Assembly: GCA_016207825.1 (NCBI GenBank)
Contig: JACQZI010000005.1
Location: 1,122-65,121 of the forward strand
DNA: 64,000 bases
DNA from: Planctomycetota bacterium
GTDB lineage: Bacteria; Planctomycetota; MHYJ01; JACQXL01; JACQZI01
Direction: 5' to 3'
Below, one piece after another: positions 1 to 8,534 of the stretch. Under the pieces are notes generated by a model. The model did no database searches. It saw only the letters and a program-made list of their open reading frames with translations, and was not told where the DNA came from. The translations under genes and the position numbers were made by a program. Every line of letters starts with the position of its first letter. Position 1 is the first letter of the stretch.

Positions 1-170
1 CCCACCGGGGAACTTTCCCCGCCTTCCGTAGCTCTTTCCCCGCCCTCCGGGAAACACTCCCCGCCTTCCGCAGAACTTTTCCCGCCCTCCGGGAAACACT
101 CCCCGCCTTCCGCAGAACTTTTCCCGCCTTCCGGGAAACAGTTCCCGCCCTCCGGGGCGGATTTCCCGGG
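1..170. repeat. 21-bp tandem repeat array (about 7 copies visible, truncated by the window edge)
   Basis: Units such as gaaacactccccgccttccgc / agaacttttcccgccctccgg recur every 21 bp directly downstream of the 186..2522 gene. Confidence 0.9.
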
Positions 171-185
171 ACCGGGAGGAAGGGA

Positions 186-2522
186 TTAAGGCGGCACGCC
201 GATAGCCGTGGCGTTTTCGAATTCTAAATAAGAGCTATCCGCTATCTTCACCCCGGCGCGGGTGCCGCCGCTGATATCGCTCGCCAGTTTATACACGATG
301 TAATAGGTCTTGGGAGTGGTTGTTACCTGCCAGCGGTTCATGTTGAGGTAACACGTGCCGTTGGTAAAATTACCTTTGCTGATAAAAGTATCACCTGCGT
401 CCCAGAAGCCGTTAGTATTCGTATCGCACCAGACCTGGACTTCTATCTTACAGGGTGTATTAACGCCGGTAACACCTTTATCTATGCGGAAACGTCTCCA
501 GCGGGTAGTGCCAGCGCCTATTTGCATATTGAACTTGACATAACAAACAGATTGCCCCATTCTTACCGGAGTATTGCCGTTGGTAAGCATCGTCCATGCG
601 GCTGTGGTGACAAGACTGGCAGGGTCCTCGTTTACAGTAATTGTAATTGCCTTGGAATCAGATAGTGTTTTAGACGTGGCGGTAAAAGTGACCATATAAT
701 TCCCGGATTGCGTACCGGAAGGCGTCCAATTAAATATGCCGCTGGCCAGGTTTAACGTTGCCCCTGTCGGAGTTGCGGTCATAGTATACGTTATCGGGTC
801 ACCATCCGGGTCATTAGCAGAAAGCGTAAAGGTTAATAATTGTTTTTCATTTATGCTCTTGTTTCCCGGCGAGGTCAGAACCGGCGGCCTGTCAACTACA
901 TATCCCACATACCAATAGGCTAATTGCGGGGCAACCGTGGTATTAGAGGTGGACAAGTTCGCCCGGAGTTTTATACCGGTGATACTGGTGAATGTCGCCG
1001 GATAAGCAGATGAAAGATTAGTCCCAGAAGAAACATTAGCAACCAATAGTGAATTATTCGACGAGCTTAAGACATCCACGGTCAAGAGTGTGTTAGCCGG
1101 CACACTGATAGTATAAGTCAAAACGCCCCAGGAAGAGACCACGGACGGCGCAATGGCTGAACCCAGGTAACTACCCGGAGTAAGAAATGGCGCCGTTCCC
1201 ACCACAGCCTTCCAGGTAGTCAAGGCGCCGATTTGGACAGGCGAATAGCGGTCGGTATTTGTCCCATCGCCCAAACTACCCAAACCATTATACCCCCAAG
1301 CCCAGAGCGTGCCGTCGGTCTTGACGGCTAAGTTGTGCTGAGTTCCGCAGGCAACTTGTTTCCAAGTGGTAGCGACGCCGACCTGGACAGGCGAGGTGCG
1401 TTGGGTTGTCGTCCCATCACCTAATTGGCCAGAGTTATTCCATCCCCACGCCCAGAGCGTGCCGTCGGCCTTGACAGCTAAGGTGTGCGCAGCCCCGCAG
1501 GCAACCTTACTCCAGGTGGTCAATGCCCCGATTTGGACAGGCGAGGTTCTTTGAGTGTATGTCCCATCGCCCAATTGGCCATTGAAATTATAACCCCATG
1601 CCCAGAGCGTGCCATCCGTCTTGATTGCCATGGTGTAAACATTCCCGCAGGCAACCTGTTTCCAGGTCGTCCCGGCTACCTGGACCGGTGAAAGCCGCTG
1701 GGTAGTCGTCCCATCGCCTAATTGACCCTGTCCATTATAACCCCAAGCCCAGAGCGTTCCGTCAGTCTTTATTGCTACGGTATGATTACCTCCGCAAGCG
1801 ACCTGTTTCCAGGTCGTTCCGGCTATTTGGACCGGGGACGATCTATTAGTCTGTGTCCCGTCGCCTAATTGGCCATTCCAATTATAACCCCAAGCCCAGA
1901 GCGTGCCGTCGGTCTTGACGGCTAAGGTGAAAGCATTCCCACCGGCGACCTGTTTCCAAGTGGTGAGCGCCCCGACCTGGACGGGCGAGTTTCTTTGAAT
2001 GGTCGTCCCATCACCCAACTGGCCATTAGAATTAAAACCCCAAGCCCAGAGCGTACCGTCGGTCTTGATTGCCATGGTGTGCTGAGCCCCGCAGGCGACC
2101 TTACTCCAGGTGGTCAATGCTCCGATTTGAGTTGGCGTGTTTTTATCAAGATTGTAGAGATAAGCCCCATCTCCGTCGTATTGGGCTGTTCCGCCATGGC
2201 CAAGCTGTCCGTATTCACCATAGCCCCAAGACCAGAGCGTGCCGTCTGTCCGCGGGCAGAGGCTGTGGTAAGCGTTTGCTGCGAGGATAAAGGCGGGCGT
2301 CTCCTGGCTGGTGTCTGATGATAGTGTGACCTCGGCAGAGCCGGCAGTGGCAACAGTATTCGTAAATGTGCCGTCGGTAAAGACGGTTTCGGACCAGCTG
2401 TCGGCAGCCAAATCCCAAGCACCAAATCCCAAACTCCAAATAATTAATAATACACAAAATCCAAAATTCCCCCGACGTGCGCCAGGACTACACTTCGCTT
2501 CGCAAACTTTCGTGTTACGCAT
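186..2522 (-). CDS. Secreted protein: RCC1/BLIP-II-like beta-propeller repeats + cadherin/Ig-like domain + conserved family C-terminal domain
   Basis: Repeated KTDGTLWAWGYNxxGQLGDGT units; LSANDPDGDPITY Ig-like module; C-terminus ...DSSYLEFENATAIGVPP shared with 6 paralogs; hydrophobic N-terminal segment. Confidence 0.9.
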   Translation of the reverse strand: MRNTKVCEAKCSPGARRGNFGFCVLLIIWSLGFGAWDLAADSWSETVFTDGTFTNTVATAGSAEVTLSSDTSQETPAFILAANAYHSLCPRTDGTLWSWGYGEYGQLGHGGTAQYDGDGAYLYNLDKNTPTQIGALTTWSKVACGAQHTMAIKTDGTLWAWGFNSNGQLGDGTTIQRNSPVQVGALTTWKQVAGGNAFTLAVKTDGTLWAWGYNWNGQLGDGTQTNRSSPVQIAGTTWKQVACGGNHTVAIKTDGTLWAWGYNGQGQLGDGTTTQRLSPVQVAGTTWKQVACGNVYTMAIKTDGTLWAWGYNFNGQLGDGTYTQRTSPVQIGALTTWSKVACGAAHTLAVKADGTLWAWGWNNSGQLGDGTTTQRTSPVQVGVATTWKQVACGTQHNLAVKTDGTLWAWGYNGLGSLGDGTNTDRYSPVQIGALTTWKAVVGTAPFLTPGSYLGSAIAPSVVSSWGVLTYTISVPANTLLTVDVLSSSNNSLLVANVSSGTNLSSAYPATFTSITGIKLRANLSTSNTTVAPQLAYWYVGYVVDRPPVLTSPGNKSINEKQLLTFTLSANDPDGDPITYTMTATPTGATLNLASGIFNWTPSGTQSGNYMVTFTATSKTLSDSKAITITVNEDPASLVTTAAWTMLTNGNTPVRMGQSVCYVKFNMQIGAGTTRWRRFRIDKGVTGVNTPCKIEVQVWCDTNTNGFWDAGDTFISKGNFTNGTCYLNMNRWQVTTTPKTYYIVYKLASDISGGTRAGVKIADSSYLEFENATAIGVPP

Positions 2523-2537
2523 AAATCACCTCCATTT

Positions 2538-2750
2538 TCATACGGCGGTTTTCTTCCAGTTCACTAAACAGCCATTTTTAAATAAATAATGTTCTTTGGA
2601 ATTAGTTTGCGGGAAGAGATAGATCCATTCTTCTGAAACAGGTTCAGAATCTTTCTTGGGTTTAAGCCATTTAGCCACGGGCTTGCCGCGTAATGCCATA
2701 ATATCATCAGTGGTCAGGGGAAGCATTTTGTTTAATGTTGTTTTATTCAT
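2538..2750 (-). CDS. Small BamE/SmpA(OmlA)-like protein without signal peptide
   Basis: Pattern T-D-D-I-x-x-L-R-G-K-P...EEWIY...HYLFKNGCLVNW; RBS aaggag; paralog at 43541..43789. Confidence 0.75.
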   Translation of the reverse strand: MNKTTLNKMLPLTTDDIMALRGKPVAKWLKPKKDSEPVSEEWIYLFPQTNSKEHYLFKNGCLVNWKKTAV

Positions 2751-2866
2751 AACAGTTCTCCTTGTAAGTATATAAGTTGATACGATAATAAGTTTATAAG
2801 GAGCATAGCCTCGTATTAACTTATCACCTTATTTCATCACCTTATTTCTTATCAACTATAATGTAT

Positions 2867-2882
2867 AGCAAATATCGTGCCA
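2867..2882 (-). promoter_or_regulatory. Sigma54 (-24/-12) promoter
   Basis: Minus strand reads TGGCACGATATTTGCT, matching the TGGCAC-N5-TTGC consensus, just downstream of a sigma54 activator gene. Confidence 0.9.
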
Positions 2883-2986
2883 ATAATTCGCAATAATGGA
2901 GGAGAACTATAAATTATTTAATGCCTTGTAAATAAAGGGGTTAGAAAGCGAAAACAAGTCAAATAAGAATGTTTTTTGTATAATGA

Positions 2987-3005
2987 GCGTGGTAAAAATT
3001 CACGC
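2987..3005. promoter_or_regulatory. Putative upstream activator sequence (enhancer palindrome)
   Basis: GCGTG-N9-CACGC about 110 bp upstream of the sigma54 promoter, at the 3' end of the activator gene. Confidence 0.5.
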
Positions 3006-3007
3006 CG

Positions 3008-5035
3008 TTACCGTTTGGTAACATTAGAGATGGTTATCTTTAATTGTTTTATCTTTTTGGAAAGAGTTGAACGGTCGCTGTTAAGTTGACAAGCCGCTTT
3101 GGTGATATTTCCATTGTTCTTTTTAAGAACTTCTATAATAATACTCTTTTCTATTTCATTACGTAATTCTTTAAGAGGACTATCCGATTTGATAGCAGAT
3201 TGGTTCATATTAATGTAACTCCGGATTGGGTTAGATAGCATTGATTCTTCAATAACATTAACATCCGGATACAATGCGCAGATGCGTTTTATCTCGTTTT
3301 CTAGTTCGCGGATATTGCCGGGCCAGGGGTAGGCGGTGAAAAGCGCTAACGCGCTGGGGGATATGTCAGCCCCGACGTTCGTCGGGACTTCGCTTCGCTC
3401 CGGAATTTCCTTACGGGAAAGAGAGCATTTTCGTAAAAAATGCTGAGCGAGGATGGGAATGTCATCCCCGCGGTCGCGAAGAGGAGGAAGATTGATTATA
3501 ATAGTATTGATACGATAAAACAGGTCTTCCCTGAATAACTTCTGCTTAACCATCTGCTCAATAGTCTGATTAGAGGCAAAGACAAAGCGGGTATCAACCG
3601 GAATAGGTTTTTGTCCACCCACTCTCCAGAGAAGTTTTTCTTCCATAACCCTAAGTAATTTTTGTTGCATAGACGGAGACATATTAGAAATCTCGTCTAT
3701 GAAAAGCGTTCCGCCTGAAGCGAGTTCAATATAACCTTTTTTATCTTCTATAGCGCCGGTAAAAGCGCCTTTGGCATGGCCGAAAAGCGTACTTTCAACA
3801 AGCGTTTCGGGAAGCACCCCGCAATTGAACGGTAAATAGGATTTGTTTATACGCAGGCTATTATTATGTATGGCATTGGCAATAAGTTCTTTTCCGGTTC
3901 CTGTTTCTCCCTGGATTAAAACCGGCATATCCGTAGGAGAAATCTTTTCTATAAGATGATAAATTTCTTGCATTGAGGGGGAATTGCCGACAATGGTATA
4001 TTTATTAACCGAATTTTCGTAACGGTCATCAAGGGTTTGAACCAATATCTGCGGGATAAACCTGGATTCATGTTTGGTTTTACCCTGTAATTGTTGATAG
4101 AGCCTGTCAAATTCCCTGGTTTTTTCATACAGCCAAATCGTATCCAGTTTAGATAAAACAGGCTTTATCCTGTTTTCTATAGAGCTGGCTTTACGCGACA
4201 GCCCTTTAAGAGAATAGCATTTGCATAAAAGGAATCCGGCTTCACAGGCAAGGTTATTTAATTTCAAGCATAATGCTTCTTTCATTATGTCCGGCAAAAT
4301 CCGAAACGCGGAATCCAACTGGTTTTCCAAAAGGTCAATGGCAGCAAGATGTATTTTCGCTTCAAGGATGCCGCGCGGGAAATCCGCTTGCTCGCATGCT
4401 TTAAGGGATATCTGAAAAGACTGGCGTGCCTGGCGATAGTCTTTTATTGACATCAGATACTCGCCTTTAATGTGCATATAATCCATGAAGTATATCTCGC
4501 CGGACGGGGACAGCAGGGAAGGTGAAAGTTTTTGTTCAATAATTTGCCCTGCTTTCCCCAAATCGTTTTTATATAAATAACAATAAGCTAAATTAATCAG
4601 GGTCGAAACATACATTTCCTTATTCATTGGAAACGTGTAACTCGTGAGTTTTTGGCAGTATTGCTCTACTTTATGGAATTGGCTTAAAGCCTGATTGATA
4701 TGCATCATAACCAGGAAATTAAGCCCCATCTTAAACGAAGCATACGCGACGCGAACTTGTTCAAGATTATGTTTTGAAGCGGTTAAGTATGCTTTATAGA
4801 AAGCATCCAGCGAGCGGGCATATTCCGCAAGGCTAAAACAAGCAAATCCCAGATGGCAATATAAAAGGTGTTCTTCAAAAGGCGAATAAGAAAGGGAAGG
4901 GAGTTTCCTTAGCGCCTTTTCGCCCAAACGCTTGGCGTTATCCCAATCCTGTTTATCCAAGGCGGACCTAATTTGTTCCAGACAATCAGATAATGGTTTA
5001 GATTCTCTTCGTTCACTACGAGTGCGTTTTGGCAT
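3008..5035 (-). CDS. Sigma54-dependent enhancer-binding protein with N-terminal TPR region and Fis-type HTH (copy 1)
   Basis: GETGTGKE Walker A, GAFTGA loop, LFIDEI Walker B, WPGNIRELEN, C-terminal HTH; likely ATG start at 5035 (ORF track begins at 5071). Confidence 0.93.
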   Translation of the reverse strand: MPKRTRSERRESKPLSDCLEQIRSALDKQDWDNAKRLGEKALRKLPSLSYSPFEEHLLYCHLGFACFSLAEYARSLDAFYKAYLTASKHNLEQVRVAYASFKMGLNFLVMMHINQALSQFHKVEQYCQKLTSYTFPMNKEMYVSTLINLAYCYLYKNDLGKAGQIIEQKLSPSLLSPSGEIYFMDYMHIKGEYLMSIKDYRQARQSFQISLKACEQADFPRGILEAKIHLAAIDLLENQLDSAFRILPDIMKEALCLKLNNLACEAGFLLCKCYSLKGLSRKASSIENRIKPVLSKLDTIWLYEKTREFDRLYQQLQGKTKHESRFIPQILVQTLDDRYENSVNKYTIVGNSPSMQEIYHLIEKISPTDMPVLIQGETGTGKELIANAIHNNSLRINKSYLPFNCGVLPETLVESTLFGHAKGAFTGAIEDKKGYIELASGGTLFIDEISNMSPSMQQKLLRVMEEKLLWRVGGQKPIPVDTRFVFASNQTIEQMVKQKLFREDLFYRINTIIINLPPLRDRGDDIPILAQHFLRKCSLSRKEIPERSEVPTNVGADISPSALALFTAYPWPGNIRELENEIKRICALYPDVNVIEESMLSNPIRSYINMNQSAIKSDSPLKELRNEIEKSIIIEVLKKNNGNITKAACQLNSDRSTLSKKIKQLKITISNVTKR

Positions 5036-5071
5036 GGTTCCATTTATACAAAAAGAAGGGGCGACTGTCAA

Positions 5072-5178
5072 GACCCGTTAGAGATTTTATTTAACTATTG
5101 TTTCTCATCAAAACAACTTTTAATAATAATGCTTCATTTTTCTCCTAAACCAAAACTCCAGCAAATTTCTAACGGGTC
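5072..5178. mobile_element. MITE-like element with terminal inverted repeats
   Basis: GACCCGTTAGAGATTT ... AAATTTCTAACGGGTC (15/16 inverted match), flanked by AA on both sides, 107 bp, no transposase. Confidence 0.65.
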
Positions 5179-5244
5179 AAGTTCAAATTTAACAACCATA
5201 GGATTATATTGACGAAAACATTGCTTTTCTTATAATTAAACATA

Positions 5245-6564
5245 GTGAAATCTCAAAGGCTCATGACTGTCTACCGCGAGCGCGCCATACTGGTCGGAAC
5301 TATTTCTCCCCGACACTTTGGGCGGGACTCCACTTACGTTTCGCCTAAAGACCATCAGGAAGATGATCCGCTGGCCGAACTGGAGCAACTGGCTATTACA
5401 GCCGGCGCCATCGTTGTGGAAAAGATAACTCAGAAAAAGCAAAAGCCTGATGTCGCTTATTATATCGGCCGTGGCAAGGTCTCCGAACTAAAAGAATTAG
5501 CGGATAAAAACGATATCGATACAGTGATTTTTGATAACGACCTCTCGCCCGGACAGATACGTAACCTGGAAAACGAGCTGAAGATAAAAGTGCTTGACCG
5601 GACGGAACTTATCCTGGATATCTTCGTCACGCACGCCAGGAGTTTGCAGGCAAAACTGCAGGTGGAGCTTGCACAGCTTGAATACACGCTTCCCCGCTTA
5701 ACGCACCTGTGGTCACATCTTTCCAAGATTGAAGGAGGCGTCGGCATCGGTCAGAGGGGTCCGGGCGAAAAGCAGCTGGAAATGGACCGCCGCATCGCGC
5801 GCGACCGCATCACCAAGCTGAAACGGGAAATCGAGGATATCAACCAACACCACAAGCGCACCACGGAAAACCGCTCGTCTTATTTCAATATCGCCCTCTT
5901 AGGATACACCAACGCCGGCAAATCCGCCCTGATGAACGCCTTAACCGGCACGGATTGCCTGGTGGAAAATAAATTATTCTCCACTTTGGACACCAAAACC
6001 CAACTATGGAACCCGGCGAATCATTATAAAGTCCTTTTAAGCGATACGGTCGGTTTTATCCGCAATCTTCCACACCACCTGGTCGCCTCTTTTAACGCAA
6101 CTTTACAGGAAGTCATTGATGCGGATTTGCTCCTCCATATTGTGGATGTCTTTCAGCCGGGAATCGACCAGCGTATCCAGGCAGTTGATAAAGTATTGGA
6201 AGAACTCGGTTGCAGCCAGAAACCGCGACTCTTGGTATTCAATAAGATAGATAAAATAGACCCGCTTGAGATGCAGATAGTCAGCAAGGAATTCCCGGAT
6301 TCTGTTTTCATTTCGGCTAAAAATAAACAAGGGCTTGATGCACTCGCCGGAAGAATCGTGGAATTCATCGCCAAAGACGAAACACTATCGACATTCTCCG
6401 TTTCAGCCGGAGACGGCAAGTTCCTTTCTTATCTGGAAGAAATGGGCAATATCATTTCAAAAACGTACCGTGACGGAATGGTCCGGATAAAAATACGCCT
6501 GTCTCCGCATGCTAAGGCAAAAGTGATGGGTTATCTGGAAGCCAATAAAAACAAGGCTAAATAG
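5245..6564 (+). CDS. hflX: GTPase HflX
   Basis: GYTNAGKS, LFSTLD, DTVGFI and NKID motifs; GPGEKQLEMDRR HflX signature. Confidence 0.97.
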   Translation: MKSQRLMTVYRERAILVGTISPRHFGRDSTYVSPKDHQEDDPLAELEQLAITAGAIVVEKITQKKQKPDVAYYIGRGKVSELKELADKNDIDTVIFDNDLSPGQIRNLENELKIKVLDRTELILDIFVTHARSLQAKLQVELAQLEYTLPRLTHLWSHLSKIEGGVGIGQRGPGEKQLEMDRRIARDRITKLKREIEDINQHHKRTTENRSSYFNIALLGYTNAGKSALMNALTGTDCLVENKLFSTLDTKTQLWNPANHYKVLLSDTVGFIRNLPHHLVASFNATLQEVIDADLLLHIVDVFQPGIDQRIQAVDKVLEELGCSQKPRLLVFNKIDKIDPLEMQIVSKEFPDSVFISAKNKQGLDALAGRIVEFIAKDETLSTFSVSAGDGKFLSYLEEMGNIISKTYRDGMVRIKIRLSPHAKAKVMGYLEANKNKAK

Positions 6565-6582
6565 CCTGGCTTTTGGAAATGA

Positions 6583-7239
6583 TTACCGGTCGGTGTTTTC
6601 TGCCACCTGTCCCTGTTTCAGCTTTCTTCTCATTTCATCCCATGGAAAAAGCTTGCCAGGGCAATCTGTCTTGCCTTTATCAACGCTTGAATGACCTATG
6701 ATATTTTCTAAAGGAATATGGTAATCCCTCTGCAGCCTTTTCAGTAAATCATTCAACGCGCTCATTTGCGCCTTGGTCGGCTTGTCTTTCTCAAAATCTC
6801 CCACCAGGCAGATACCGATTGATTGCTCGTTCATGTTGGCGTCAAAGCAATGCAGCCCGGGAATCTTCCTAAACCAGCGCTCGCCCACCTCAACCTCGCC
6901 GTTCCCGGATTTGGTGCCGTTGCCGATGACGTAATGATAGGCCAACCCGTCCTTCATTTTCATTTCTTCCCTGTGGTAACGGTCAAATATCCTGGCATTG
7001 CCGCTTTTGGTCGAGCTGTGATGAATCACCACGTATTTCCAGGGAGAGGAACTTATTTGAGTTGACGTTACGGCCTCCGGTATTTCTATTTTCATCTGAC
7101 CTTCCGCGGTGGATTTCTTTTTACCGGTAAGTTCTTCAAATGAATCGTTGATGTTTTTATCCGTTGTGAAAAGATATGTAGCGACCAGGAGCGATACGAC
7201 CGCACCGATGCTGAGGATAAAATCAAATATCCTGACCAT
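6583..7239 (-). CDS. Membrane-anchored N-acetylmuramoyl-L-alanine amidase (Amidase_2/PGRP-like)
   Basis: VVIHHS, LAYHYVIGNG, SIGICLVGDF, IIGHS...TDCPGK motifs; N-terminal TM helix. Confidence 0.9.
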   Translation of the reverse strand: MVRIFDFILSIGAVVSLLVATYLFTTDKNINDSFEELTGKKKSTAEGQMKIEIPEAVTSTQISSSPWKYVVIHHSSTKSGNARIFDRYHREEMKMKDGLAYHYVIGNGTKSGNGEVEVGERWFRKIPGLHCFDANMNEQSIGICLVGDFEKDKPTKAQMSALNDLLKRLQRDYHIPLENIIGHSSVDKGKTDCPGKLFPWDEMRRKLKQGQVAENTDR

Positions 7240-7293
7240 ACGAATATCATATCGTCAAGACATGGGAAACATCTTTAATGATTTAAGAAATGC

Positions 7294-7704
7294 TTATAAC
7301 CAGTTTCGTATTTTTATTAAAGCGGCTTCATGAATTGTTTCTTCGGTAAGAATATTTTGGAGAATATTCCTAAGGTTGCTGTTCGAAGCCAACTTAACGC
7401 ATTTCTTATAAATCGAAATGGCTTTCTTTTCTGAAGCAAGATGGCTCCGGACGATTTCCGCCGGGGTTTTCATGCCTTCCGTAAATCCAAAGTCCCATTC
7501 AGCCGTTCCGCCCAACCGGCTGATTTCCAGCGAAACCAAATCAGCATGCCGGCTTTCCGCCTGCCCGAAATTGTGGAAAAGCTGGACCAGCCATGGATGT
7601 TTCGCGAAAGATGTGGCGTGCCTCGGATACAGGAAAATATCGCTGTATTCCATCCGCAAAGCCTTTTGCAGGTAGGTAACAAGTTTTTCCTTATTATCCG
7701 CCAT
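7294..7704 (-). CDS. Ferritin-like (bacterioferritin/rubrerythrin-type) protein
   Basis: E...ESRH...E...EETIH diiron-type motifs in a 136 aa four-helix protein. Confidence 0.8.
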   Translation of the reverse strand: MADNKEKLVTYLQKALRMEYSDIFLYPRHATSFAKHPWLVQLFHNFGQAESRHADLVSLEISRLGGTAEWDFGFTEGMKTPAEIVRSHLASEKKAISIYKKCVKLASNSNLRNILQNILTEETIHEAALIKIRNWL

Positions 7705-7707
7705 TTA

Positions 7708-7902
7708 TTATTGGATCTTAATCGCTTCAGCCGGGCATGATTCAGCTGCTTCCTTGCAGCAAGCTTCTGCGCTCGCCGGGACCGGATTAACCTTGACCTT
7801 GGCAATATCATCCGTTCCCATCTCAAAAACGTCAGGGCATGTTTCCACGCAAAGCCCGCAACTGGTGCATGCTTCTTTATCTACAATTGCTTTCATGTTC
7901 AT
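7708..7902 (-). CDS. Single-cluster ferredoxin
   Basis: CTSCGLC...CP and a distal CPAEAI. Confidence 0.92.
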   Translation of the reverse strand: MNMKAIVDKEACTSCGLCVETCPDVFEMGTDDIAKVKVNPVPASAEACCKEAAESCPAEAIKIQ

Positions 7903-8024
7903 TCTTCCTTTCTAAAATCTAATCAAATGCGTTAAAATTATATATTCCCTTAAATAAAGGGTCAAGGATTTTCACCACCCTATTTTTATAAATATCACAT
8001 CTGGAAATAGCCGATAATTACAAT

Positions 8025-8534
8025 ATGATTTACCTGCGTCTTCCCGGAATGCTGTTTATCATATTGTCCGTTATCGCGCCGGTATTGTATCTCAAATTCA
8101 GCGATTTGCACTTTTTCCAGCCTAAAGATTATCTGATGGTCGCGCTTACATTTGCCGGCTCCTTGACGTCCGGTATCTGCCTCTTGGTCCTGGCACAGTG
8201 GAAAAAGATGGCCCAGCCGATTCCCCCTCCACCTCCGTCTTCATATCCGCGGGTGGAATTCAAAAAGCCCGTGGTCCACAAAAAGGCATCCAGGCACAAT
8301 ATGAAACCGGCGACCGAAGCTGATTTTGTGGTTTTCTCAGATGATAACAAACCGGATTTCAATACCCTGATGGAGGATTTCAAGAATTATATTAAATTGG
8401 AAGCATGGGGAATGGCTCTAGCCAAGGCAAATGAAATACTGCATTATTATCCCGATAAGCCGGAAACCGCCAAGGTGCGCGCGAACCTTTCCTTCCTTAC
8501 CCAGCAGATAAAAAAAGAGTCACCGCAGGGATGA
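8025..8534 (+). CDS. Hypothetical membrane protein
   Basis: Two N-terminal TM helices, Pro-rich linker, helical C-terminus. Confidence 0.65.
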   Translation: MIYLRLPGMLFIILSVIAPVLYLKFSDLHFFQPKDYLMVALTFAGSLTSGICLLVLAQWKKMAQPIPPPPPSSYPRVEFKKPVVHKKASRHNMKPATEADFVVFSDDNKPDFNTLMEDFKNYIKLEAWGMALAKANEILHYYPDKPETAKVRANLSFLTQQIKKESPQG

